From: Bacteroidota bacterium
GTDB lineage: Bacteria > Bacteroidota > Bacteroidia > Palsa-948
NCBI GenBank assembly: GCA_016195025.1
Contig: JACQAL010000036.1
Location: forward strand, 19,411-83,410
Length of the DNA: 64,000 nucleotides
Reading direction: 5' to 3'
In this document: piece by piece, positions 8,826 through 16,980 of the stretch
How the letters are laid out: each line of letters starts with the position of its first letter
Numbering within the stretch: the first letter of the stretch is position 1
The notes under the pieces: generated by a model
The model's database searches: none
Told to the model about the DNA's origin: nothing
The model's input: only the letters and a program-made list of their open reading frames with translations
Program-made: the position numbers and the translations under genes

Positions 8826-10151
8826 TCAACCTTTTTCCTTCAGCAGCGATTCAATGAAAGAAATCATTTCCGCTTTTTCTTTTTCATGCTCGCTGCCGGT
8901 GGCGGGACCCGAATAGCCCGTGTGAATTTTCCGCACGTTTCCTTTTCTGTCAATAATAATTGTGGTGGGAAATGACATAACATGATTGAGCATGGGCAAT
9001 GCTTTGTCGGCATCTTTCGGATTAAATCCCGTAATCAGAAAATCATAACCGGCATTGAATTTATGTTGAAGGCGCAAAACATTTTCTTTTGCTTTCTCAA
9101 ATGCATCCGCTTTCTCGAAACACAATCCAATTATTTCAACCCCTTGCGATTTATATTTATTGTAAAGTTCGGAAAGAAAAATGGTTTCGTCCATGCAATT
9201 GGGGCACCACGAGCCCATGATTTGAAGAATCACTACTTTGTTTTTATATTTTTCATCCGAGAGCGAAACTTTTTTGTTCTCCGGATTCGGAAAAGTGAAA
9301 TCTACTTTTGGAAAACTTTTCTTCAGGAACGTGAGCGAGTCGGCATTTCTCAATCTGAAAGTGGAATCTTTATTTGCCAGCCATGTTTCCTGGTGGTGAA
9401 TGCCGGAATAAAATTCTCCCCAAATGGTGCTGTCTTCCAGAATCTGCGCGTGAAACACAAACGCATGCGAGCCATCAAAGCAGGAAAGCAGCATGTAATT
9501 TCCAAACACGCATCCTTCGAGATAGCGGTAGTCGCCCGTTTCGGTCAGAAAAGTTCCGGTGGCGCCATGCGCAGTTTGCCTGAACACTCCAATGGCGTAA
9601 GAACTATCGGGCTGATTGGGGCTGAACAGGCATTTCCATTTTCCTTCGAACAAAAAGTTTTTGTCATACTCCGGGCAATCGAAGCGGTTGGTTTCTCCGT
9701 AAACGGCTTTGAAGGGAATTACATTTTTATCTTTCCGCGAATGATTGTACCAGTTTCCTTCCAGCAGTGTGTCGCCTGAAATTTTGCATCGGAACTCCGA
9801 ATCAAACACGGGCATGCGGATAAAAACGGAATCGTTGCTGAAAGAAATTTCATTTACAATGATTTTTTCTTCTGCATTGTGAATAGTAATTTTGGTTGAA
9901 TCGTTTTGAAACGTTAAATCAAAATTGAAAGGAAGAATCAAGCCGGTGGAATCAACCAGAGTTAAAATGCCTCTCCATTTTCCTTCTTTGAGTAAAGAAA
10001 TTTTTTTTGCATTTCCGCAGGAGAATAGAATAGATATAAAAGCAATACAGGAAATAAGTAAAATGCAATGCAAATCCGCGAACACATGCGAACACCGCGA
10101 ATTATTTTGTGTTTTGTTCGCAGTGTTCGAATACATTCGCATAGTTCGCAT
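8826..10151 (-). CDS. TlpA-like thiol:disulfide oxidoreductase lipoprotein; the true start is probably downstream of 10151
   Basis: WCPNC redox motif in a C-terminal thioredoxin fold, with the lipobox LFSCGN. The first ~100 nt of the ORF coincide with a CGAA-periodic repeat array. Confidence 0.7.
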   Translation of the reverse strand: MRTMRMYSNTANKTQNNSRCSHVFADLHCILLISCIAFISILFSCGNAKKISLLKEGKWRGILTLVDSTGLILPFNFDLTFQNDSTKITIHNAEEKIIVNEISFSNDSVFIRMPVFDSEFRCKISGDTLLEGNWYNHSRKDKNVIPFKAVYGETNRFDCPEYDKNFLFEGKWKCLFSPNQPDSSYAIGVFRQTAHGATGTFLTETGDYRYLEGCVFGNYMLLSCFDGSHAFVFHAQILEDSTIWGEFYSGIHHQETWLANKDSTFRLRNADSLTFLKKSFPKVDFTFPNPENKKVSLSDEKYKNKVVILQIMGSWCPNCMDETIFLSELYNKYKSQGVEIIGLCFEKADAFEKAKENVLRLQHKFNAGYDFLITGFNPKDADKALPMLNHVMSFPTTIIIDRKGNVRKIHTGYSGPATGSEHEKEKAEMISFIESLLKEKG

Positions 10152-10166
10152 TAGTTTATCTGCAAC
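10040..10166. promoter_or_regulatory. CGAA-periodic repeat array with inverted symmetry between rseP and the TlpA-like gene
   Basis: Read on the minus strand: ctaaTGCGAActaTGCGAAtgtaTTCGAAcacTGCGAAcaaaacacaaaataaTTCGCggtgTTCGCatgtgTTCGCgg. Confidence 0.5.
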
Positions 10167-11504
10167 TCATTTGAAGATTCTGAAAATATCGTTGCCCAGC
10201 GCGTAAACCATCAGAGAGATTAATAAAAACATTCCGACATACTGCGCATATTCCAGAAACTTATCGCTGGGTTTTCTGCGGGTGATAACTTCGTACAATA
10301 AAAATAAAACGTGCCCGCCATCGAGCGCGGGAATCGGGAGAATGTTCATGAACGCAAGCACGATGGAAAGAACTGCGGTGAGTTCCCAGAACGGCTCCCA
10401 TTCCCATTGCGGTGGAAATAAATCTCCGATGGAAATAAAACTTCCCACGCCTTTGTACGCGCCCGTTTTGAAATTGAAAATAAGTTTGAACTGGCGGATG
10501 TAGTCCGTAAGTTTTTCAATTGCTTTGTGAATTCCCGCAGGGAAGGACTGAAAAAATCCATATTGCGTAACATTGAAGTCGTAAATTTTTTCTTTGCGCA
10601 ATTCTTTAAAGTCAATAAACGCTGGCGCCACTCCGATTTTTCCGGTACTGTCTGCCATAACAGAAATTACCAGCGTTTCTTCTCCGCGCTTTACAGTTAA
10701 TTTGACCTGCGAATTTTTTTTACCTGCCATCCGCGTCCTGAATTCATCGTAATAATTTATTGTGCTGTCATTAAGCGCAAGAATATGGTCTTTCTTTTTT
10801 ATTCCGGCTTTTTCCGCGTTGGAGTTTTCCGAAAATCCTCCTATGTAAAACGGAATGCGTGGAAAAAGAAATGGCGCGCGTTTGTCCACTAATTTCTCTA
10901 TGAAATCTTTTGGAATGACGAGCGTGGTGTCTTTCCCGTTTCTGTTTATCTGAACGTTTTTTCCATAGAGCATTTCGTGAATCACGTTCTGAAAGTTTTC
11001 CACGTTTTTTCCATCCACAGAAATAATTTTATCTCCGTTTCTGAAACCCACATCTTCCGCCAGCGAATCAATGCACCATATTCCGTCTTTCAAATTTGCG
11101 GTGGGCAAATATTTTTCTCCGAACGTAAAAAGCAGCATGGCATAAATTCCCATAGCGAGAATTAAATTCATCGTCACACCTCCAACCATCACAATCAATC
11201 TTTGCCATGCGGGCTTGCTGCGGAATTCCCATGGCTCGGCAGGTTTTTTCATCTGCTCTTTGTCCATGCTCTCATCAATCATTCCGGAGATTTTCACATA
11301 ACCTCCGAGCGGAATCCATCCGATGCCGTATTCCGTATCGCCTTTTTTTATTTTGAAGAGAGAGAACCAGGGGTCGAAGAAGAGATAAAATTTTTCCACG
11401 CGCATTTTGAAAAGTTTGGAAGGAATAAAATGCCCGAGTTCGTGCAGCACGACTAAAATTGAAAGTGAAAGAATAAGTTGCGAGGCTTTAATTAGAATTT
11501 CCAT
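10167..11504 (-). CDS. rseP: RIP metalloprotease RseP (site-2 protease with PDZ domain)
   Basis: HELGHF zinc motif near the N-terminus, multiple TM segments, PDZ region. Conserved dxr-rseP neighbourhood. Confidence 0.85.
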   Translation of the reverse strand: MEILIKASQLILSLSILVVLHELGHFIPSKLFKMRVEKFYLFFDPWFSLFKIKKGDTEYGIGWIPLGGYVKISGMIDESMDKEQMKKPAEPWEFRSKPAWQRLIVMVGGVTMNLILAMGIYAMLLFTFGEKYLPTANLKDGIWCIDSLAEDVGFRNGDKIISVDGKNVENFQNVIHEMLYGKNVQINRNGKDTTLVIPKDFIEKLVDKRAPFLFPRIPFYIGGFSENSNAEKAGIKKKDHILALNDSTINYYDEFRTRMAGKKNSQVKLTVKRGEETLVISVMADSTGKIGVAPAFIDFKELRKEKIYDFNVTQYGFFQSFPAGIHKAIEKLTDYIRQFKLIFNFKTGAYKGVGSFISIGDLFPPQWEWEPFWELTAVLSIVLAFMNILPIPALDGGHVLFLLYEVITRRKPSDKFLEYAQYVGMFLLISLMVYALGNDIFRIFK

Positions 11505-11512
11505 ATGAAAAT

Positions 11513-12685
11513 TTAGAGGGCAAAAGTAGGATAAAATTCCATAGCGGTTTTCCTTGCTTCCGAATCTGAATTAACAAAATCACTGTATGAAGGCTTGGCA
11601 ATAAACGGAACCTTTGAAATTGTTTTTTCAATCACTTCGGGGATTTTTGTAAAGGCAATTTTTTCTTCGAGAAATAATTTAACTGCAACTTCATTTGCTG
11701 CGTTCAGAATGCACGGAGCGTTGCCACCTTTCTTCATTGCTTCGAATGCAAGTGGAAGACAGCGAAAAGTTTTTGTATCGGGTTTTTCGAAAGATAAATT
11801 TGGATAATCAATAAAATTAAAACGCTCGAATGTTGAAGGCAAACGATTCGGATAACTCAGCGCGTATTGAATCGGCAATTTCATATCCGGCAAACCCATT
11901 TGGGCTTTCATTGAGCCGTCTTCAAATTGCACTATGGAATGAATAATACTTTGCGGATGAATGATGACTTCAATTTGTTCGGGCTTGAGATGAAACAACC
12001 ATTTCGCTTCAATCACTTCGAGTCCTTTGTTCATCAGCGTGGCGGAATCAATCGTGATCTTCGCACCCATTTCCCAGTTGGGATGTTTGAGTGCCTGCGC
12101 TTTTGTAACCGAAGAAAGAAACGCAGCATCTTTTCCTCGGAACGGACCGCCAGAAGCAGTGAGATAAATTTTTTCAATTTTGTTTTCCCATTCTCCCGCC
12201 ATGCACTGAAAAATTGCAGAGTGCTCCGAATCCACAGGATAAATATTTACTCCGTTTTCTTTTGCGAGCGCGGTGACCAACTCTCCCGCGACAACCAGCG
12301 TTTCTTTATTTGCCAGCGCAATATTTTTTTTCGCTTTGATGGCGGAAATAACAGAAGCAAGTCCCGCATAGCCGACAATTCCTGCAAGCACAACATCTAT
12401 CGAATCCATTTGCACCACTTGCTCAATGGATTTATTTCCTGCGTAAACTTTTATCTGATGAGATGCAAGAGCAGATTTTATTTTTTCATATTTGCTTTCA
12501 TCAGCTATCACCACGCAGTTGGGTTTGAACTCTATTGCCTGCTGAATTAACAGATCAGCATTGCCGTTTGCCGTGAGAACTTCCACCACAAAACTTTCGG
12601 GATGTGATTTTATCACTTCCAGCGCCTGAGTTCCTATTGAACCTGTGCTGCCGAGGATGGCTATGTGTTTTTTCTTTTGCTTCAT
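11513..12685 (-). CDS. dxr: 1-deoxy-D-xylulose 5-phosphate reductoisomerase
   Basis: N-terminal ILGSTGSIG NADPH-binding motif and family-wide similarity. Confidence 0.9.
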   Translation of the reverse strand: MKQKKKHIAILGSTGSIGTQALEVIKSHPESFVVEVLTANGNADLLIQQAIEFKPNCVVIADESKYEKIKSALASHQIKVYAGNKSIEQVVQMDSIDVVLAGIVGYAGLASVISAIKAKKNIALANKETLVVAGELVTALAKENGVNIYPVDSEHSAIFQCMAGEWENKIEKIYLTASGGPFRGKDAAFLSSVTKAQALKHPNWEMGAKITIDSATLMNKGLEVIEAKWLFHLKPEQIEVIIHPQSIIHSIVQFEDGSMKAQMGLPDMKLPIQYALSYPNRLPSTFERFNFIDYPNLSFEKPDTKTFRCLPLAFEAMKKGGNAPCILNAANEVAVKLFLEEKIAFTKIPEVIEKTISKVPFIAKPSYSDFVNSDSEARKTAMEFYPTFAL

Positions 12686-12719
12686 TCGTAGATTCGTATA
12701 GATTCGTTTTTCGTAGATT
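12686..12719. repeat. intergenic CGAA-periodic element (copy 1) filling the M23-stop to dxr-start spacer
   Basis: cattcgtagattcgtatagattcgtttttcgtagatt holds three ATTCGT units at ~10-bp spacing. It closely resembles the elements at 50307 and 59939. Confidence 0.6.
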
Positions 12720-13605
12720 AAAAAACCATATACTCCTGCGGGTCAATCGGAGTGCCGTTATACCAGAGTTCAAAATGCAAATGCGGTCCGCTGGTTTGCT
12801 CGCCAGAGTTTCCAATCACCGCAATGGCTTCGCCTGCTTTCACAAACTGCCCCGCTTTTTTCATCAGCACCGAGCAATGCTTGTATGCCGACACCAGATT
12901 ATTTGAATGTTGTATCTGAATGGTATAACCCGTTTCAGAAGTCCATCCCGAAAATAAAACTGTTCCGTCAAGCGCGGCTTTGATGGGTTCATTTTCTTTC
13001 GCGGCAATATCCACTCCGTAATGTTCTTCCGCAGAGTTGAACGAAGCGGTTACCATTCCTTTCACAGGAGTGAAAAAGAAAAAGCTGCTGATTCCTTTTC
13101 CGTTTTTATTTTCTGAAAACGCCAGCGAATATTTATCCTGCGATTCCACTTCCGAACGGAATGCGACTTCTTCTTTGGTGGGTTTGATGTCTGCATTTTT
13201 CGGAACAGGATTTTTTTCTGTTTTATTTTTTTGAACCGCTGTGTCTCCTGAAACATTTCCGTTCAGAATATTTTTCAGGTTGTCCATTGCCTGCGTGCGC
13301 AGGTTCAATTCATATTGCAGCGAATCAAGTTTCAGCGAAAGATTGATGAGTTCCTGCCTCGTATTCACTTCCAAGCCGTAGCCGGGAATGTATTCGCGCA
13401 GCGGAGTGAATGCAACTAAACTTACGGTGAGCGTTATCATCACAATCGAAATCAATCCCACAAGCACAAAAATATTTAATGGGGTAAGCTTGAGAGAAAA
13501 TTGCTCCTCGAAAGAATCATCGTTCATCACCACCAGCCGGTAGCGATTGCGGATTTTCGCCCAGAAACCCTGTTTTTTCTTTTCTTCCATATAATAAGGT
13601 AGCAA
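12718..13605 (-). CDS. M23 family metallopeptidase with an N-terminal TM anchor
   Basis: HxxxD...GNSG...HLHFE motifs of LytM/M23 peptidases. Confidence 0.75.
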   Translation of the reverse strand: MLPYYMEEKKKQGFWAKIRNRYRLVVMNDDSFEEQFSLKLTPLNIFVLVGLISIVMITLTVSLVAFTPLREYIPGYGLEVNTRQELINLSLKLDSLQYELNLRTQAMDNLKNILNGNVSGDTAVQKNKTEKNPVPKNADIKPTKEEVAFRSEVESQDKYSLAFSENKNGKGISSFFFFTPVKGMVTASFNSAEEHYGVDIAAKENEPIKAALDGTVLFSGWTSETGYTIQIQHSNNLVSAYKHCSVLMKKAGQFVKAGEAIAVIGNSGEQTSGPHLHFELWYNGTPIDPQEYMVF

Positions 13606-13637
13606 AGATAGAAAAACTCACCCCGTCCTTCCGGACA

Positions 13638-13662
13638 CCCCTCTCTTTGCGAAAGAGAGGGG
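13638..13662. promoter_or_regulatory. perfect 25-bp GC-rich palindrome (11-bp arms) in the divergent M23/sir intergenic region
   Basis: cccctctcttt gcg aaagagagggg. No flanking T or A run, so it is not a canonical terminator. Confidence 0.5.
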
Positions 13663-13741
13663 AAGGGGTAAGTTCCAAAAAATAAATTTGGTGGTTTCAA
13701 AAAGGTTTGTACATTTGCCTACTAAATTGGTCGAGTTTCAA

Positions 13742-13831
13742 ATGAAGACAAAAATTACTTTCCAGACAATTATGACAATGTGTTGCTGCTGCTATATGCG
13801 GACGAGGAAGGGTTTTGTTTTTAAGCGATAA
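13742..13831 (+). CDS. 29-aa Cys-codon leader peptide MKTKITFQTIMTMCCCCYMRTRKGFVFKR upstream of the sulfate-assimilation operon
   Basis: ATG at 13742. Four consecutive Cys codons at 13781-13792, four Met codons, stop TAA at 13829. A terminator hairpin follows directly. Confidence 0.45.
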   Translation: MKTKITFQTIMTMCCCCYMRTRKGFVFKR

Positions 13832-13855
13832 AAAAATAAAACGTAACAGGCAAAA

Positions 13856-13888
13856 GCCCTTCCGAATAAAACCGCGAAGGGCTTTTTT
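13856..13888 (+). terminator. intrinsic terminator/attenuator in the sir leader, with a competing antiterminator
   Basis: Stem gcccttc(13856-62)/gaagggc(13876-82) followed by TTTTTT. The upstream ggaaggg (13805-13811, inside the leader ORF 3' end) can pair with cccttcc (13857-13863). Confidence 0.45.
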
Positions 13889-13934
13889 GTTGCCCGGAAT
13901 CCGAACAAGAATCATAAAAAAGAAAAAATAAAAT

Positions 13935-16055
13935 ATGCAAAGTTTCAGAACAGAGTTAGAAAATCCAATCGTAGAAAAAGACATTCTCGATTTGGAAAAA
14001 AAGATTTCTCTTTTCCGCGAAGGGAAAATTGATTCCGAAAAATTCCGTTCGCTTCGCCTTGCGCGCGGAGTTTACGGGCAGCGCCAGCAGGGAGTGCAGA
14101 TGATTAGGATAAAAATTCCGTTTGGAAAACTTTCGGTAAATCAATTGCTCGCCATCGCGGATATTTCGGATGAATATTCAACAGGCAATCTTCACCTCAC
14201 CACGCGTCAGGATGTGCAGATACATTATGTGTCGCTCGACAAAACTCCTGAACTCTGGGCAAAACTCGAGGCGAGCGACATCACGCTCCGCGAAGCGTGC
14301 GGAAACACAGTACGCAACATCACCGCGTCTGACATCGCGGGCATTGACCCGAAAGAACCTTTTGATGTTACGCCTTACGCGAACGCACTCTTCAAATTCT
14401 TTTTGAGAAATCCTATTCAGGAATCTCTCGGAAGAAAATTCAAGATTGCTTTTTCTTCGAGCGATGACGACACCGCTTATACTTTCATTCACGATTTAGG
14501 ATTTATTCCTAAGGTGAAAATTGAAAATGGAAAAATTGTTCGCGGTTTCAAAGTGGTGATTGGAGGAGGACTTGGTGCTCAACCATTCCTCGCACACACG
14601 GCTTATGAATTCCTGCCGGAAGAAAAAATTATTCCATTCGCGGAAGCAGCAGTCCGCGTGTTTGACCGCTATGGAGAAAGAACCAACCGCCACAAAGCGC
14701 GTTTGAAATATCTCATAGCGAAAATAGGGCTGGGAGAATTTTTGAGATTGGTGGAAGAAGAAACGCTCTCTTTGAAATCTGTTTCGTCAGAAGTTAAATT
14801 TGAATCTGAGATTCCGGATTTATCTCATCTGCAAAATACATTTACAACTTTAAAAATTTCTGACGACAGAAAATATCAGGAATGGTTAGACACAAACACA
14901 TTTGAACAAAAACAGCAGGGATATTTTGCGGTAGGAATAAATGTTCCGTTGGGAAATATAAAAACGAATAACGTTAGGAAGTTCGCAGAGATTGTAAAAA
15001 AATATTCTGCGGATGACATTCGTATTACTATCTCGCAAAACTTTTTGTTGCGCTTTGTTCCGAAACAGGCACTTCCCGCATTGTATAAAGAACTTGACGC
15101 AATCGGTTTGACTTTGCCCGGCTTTGGAAGCATTGCCGATATAACGGCTTGCCCGGGAACAGATACCTGCAATTTGGGAATTTCAAATTCCACAGGCATT
15201 GCGCTCGAACTTGAAAAAGTTATCCGCAATGAATTTTCGGAATTAGTTTACGAAAAGAATATTAAAATAAAAATCAGCGGGTGCATGAATTCCTGCGGAC
15301 AGCATTCGCTCGCGCACATCGGTTTTCACGGAAGCACTTTCAAGGCAGGCGCGCACGTTGTTCCCGCGTTGCAATTGCTTCTCGGTGGCGGTGCAACAGG
15401 AAATGGCGAAGGAAGAATCTCAGATAAGATTGTAAAAATTCCTTCCAAGCGCGGTCCCGCTGTTCTGAGAGCGATTCTTCGTGATTATGAAAAAAATTCT
15501 TTGCAGGAAGAAACCTTCAACGAATATTTTGACGCGCAGGGAAGAGAATATTTTGAAAATCTTTTGAAAGAGTTTACGGATTTATCTGCGCTCACCAATG
15601 ATGAATATAAAGATTGGGGATATGATGAAGCGTTCAAACCTGCAATCGGAGTTGGAGAATGCGCTGGAGTGCAGATTGATTTGGTGGCAACATTATTTTT
15701 TGAAGCAGAAGAAAAACTGGATTCTGCATTCACTTCTTTCGCTGAAAAACTTTTTGCCGATTCAATTTATCATTCATACAGCACATTTATTCATTCTGCA
15801 AAAGCAATATTGCTCACAAAACAAATTCAAACCAATTCTCAGTACAGTGTGCTGAATGAGTTTGAAAAACATTTTATACAGACAGGAGAAGATAAATTTC
15901 AGAATGGATTCAAAACTTTAGTTCTCCAAATTAACCAGACAGAACCTGAAAAAGAATTCGCTGAGTTTTATTTCACGCAGGCAAAATCATTTTTGAAATG
16001 GGTGAAAGAATACCGCGAAGAACAAATTAAAAAGGAAAGTTTAATCACAGCATAG
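13935..16055 (+). CDS. sir: assimilatory sulfite reductase hemoprotein (siroheme/[4Fe-4S], ferredoxin-type) with a C-terminal extension
   Basis: Nitrite/sulfite reductase ferredoxin-like half-domains and Cys clusters (CPGTDTCNLG, SGCMNSCGQH). Sits in an operon with cobA, cysH and cysD. Confidence 0.8.
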   Translation: MQSFRTELENPIVEKDILDLEKKISLFREGKIDSEKFRSLRLARGVYGQRQQGVQMIRIKIPFGKLSVNQLLAIADISDEYSTGNLHLTTRQDVQIHYVSLDKTPELWAKLEASDITLREACGNTVRNITASDIAGIDPKEPFDVTPYANALFKFFLRNPIQESLGRKFKIAFSSSDDDTAYTFIHDLGFIPKVKIENGKIVRGFKVVIGGGLGAQPFLAHTAYEFLPEEKIIPFAEAAVRVFDRYGERTNRHKARLKYLIAKIGLGEFLRLVEEETLSLKSVSSEVKFESEIPDLSHLQNTFTTLKISDDRKYQEWLDTNTFEQKQQGYFAVGINVPLGNIKTNNVRKFAEIVKKYSADDIRITISQNFLLRFVPKQALPALYKELDAIGLTLPGFGSIADITACPGTDTCNLGISNSTGIALELEKVIRNEFSELVYEKNIKIKISGCMNSCGQHSLAHIGFHGSTFKAGAHVVPALQLLLGGGATGNGEGRISDKIVKIPSKRGPAVLRAILRDYEKNSLQEETFNEYFDAQGREYFENLLKEFTDLSALTNDEYKDWGYDEAFKPAIGVGECAGVQIDLVATLFFEAEEKLDSAFTSFAEKLFADSIYHSYSTFIHSAKAILLTKQIQTNSQYSVLNEFEKHFIQTGEDKFQNGFKTLVLQINQTEPEKEFAEFYFTQAKSFLKWVKEYREEQIKKESLITA

Positions 16056-16056
16056 A

Positions 16057-16122
16057 ATGAAAAAGTTTCTGATAAAATATAAGTACGAATACTGTTGTTG
16101 CTGTCGAATGTGTCGAATGTGA
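16057..16122 (+). CDS. second Cys-codon mini-ORF MKKFLIKYKYEYCCCCRMCRM (21 aa), starting 1 nt after the sir stop
   Basis: ATG at 16057. Codons tgt tgt tgc tgt at 16093-16104 plus two more Cys. Stop TGA at 16120. Contains the tandem gtcgaatgt x2. Confidence 0.35.
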   Translation: MKKFLIKYKYEYCCCCRMCRM

Positions 16123-16184
16123 AGTAACTAAAACCGGAAACAAAACACCTGAAACTAAAAACTAATAACTATAAACTAAAAATT

Positions 16185-16958
16185 ATGTCAAACAAAAAAA
16201 TACAACCCAAACTAACTCTCGCAGGCGCAGGTCCCGGAGATCCGGATTTAATCACTGCGAAAGCAATCAACGCACTCGGAAAAGCCGACATTGTTTTGTA
16301 CGATGCGCTTGTAAATCCCGTTCTTCTTAAATATGCTTCACCGAATGTGAAAAAGATTTTCGTAGGAAAAAGAAACGGGCAGCATTCACTCAAGCAGGAG
16401 CAAATCAATAATCTCATAGTGGATTTAGCATTTACTTACGGACACATTGTTCGTTTAAAAGGAGGCGACCCATTTGTTTTCGGGCGCGGCTACGAAGAAA
16501 TTGAATATGCAGAATCATTCAACATAGAAACAGAAGTGATTCCCGGAATTTCTTCTTCAGTAGGCGTTCCTGCACGCGCTGGAATTCCTGTCACGCACCG
16601 TGGAGCCAGCGAAAGTTTCTGGGTGATTACCGGAACTACGCGCACAGGAGAACTTTCAAAAGATATTGCGCTCGCTTCACAGAGCACAGCAACAGTTGTC
16701 ATCCTGATGGGCGTTCATAAACTTCACGAGATTGTGGAAGTTTATAAATCATCCGGAAAAGAAAATCTTCCGATAGCGCTGATTCAGAACGGAACTTTGC
16801 CCGAAGAAAAAATTGCAGTGGGAACAATTTCTACCATAGAGAAAATCGTGAAAGAAAAACAAATCGGTTCGCCTGCAGTGATTGTTGCCGGAGAAGTTGT
16901 GAAACTTCATCCTGAATTTGTAGCGGAAGAAGTTTTGGAAAAATATCTGTTAAATTAA
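16185..16958 (+). CDS. cobA: uroporphyrinogen-III C-methyltransferase (siroheme branch)
   Basis: GAGPGDPDLIT motif and tetrapyrrole methylase fold. Confidence 0.85.
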   Translation: MSNKKIQPKLTLAGAGPGDPDLITAKAINALGKADIVLYDALVNPVLLKYASPNVKKIFVGKRNGQHSLKQEQINNLIVDLAFTYGHIVRLKGGDPFVFGRGYEEIEYAESFNIETEVIPGISSSVGVPARAGIPVTHRGASESFWVITGTTRTGELSKDIALASQSTATVVILMGVHKLHEIVEVYKSSGKENLPIALIQNGTLPEEKIAVGTISTIEKIVKEKQIGSPAVIVAGEVVKLHPEFVAEEVLEKYLLN

Positions 16959-16980
16959 TTTTCGTAAAGCAAAAACAAAA

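Noticed and set aside
8982-9779. 265-aa ORF on the plus strand, antisense to the TlpA-like gene
   Set aside because: It lies entirely inside a well-supported minus-strand gene and has no recognisable motifs. It is a typical antisense shadow ORF. The same applies to 23060..23698 (in accC), 24973..25740 (in the sensor-PP2C gene), 11927..12550 (in dxr), 40993..41718 and 41574..42053 (in the RND gene), and 32298..32783 (in the A2M gene).
13935-16055. Calling the hemoprotein a nitrite reductase (NirA) rather than a sulfite reductase
   Set aside because: The operon context (cobA, cysH, cysD) and the Cys-codon leader point to sulfite reduction. Sequence alone cannot fully exclude nitrite activity.
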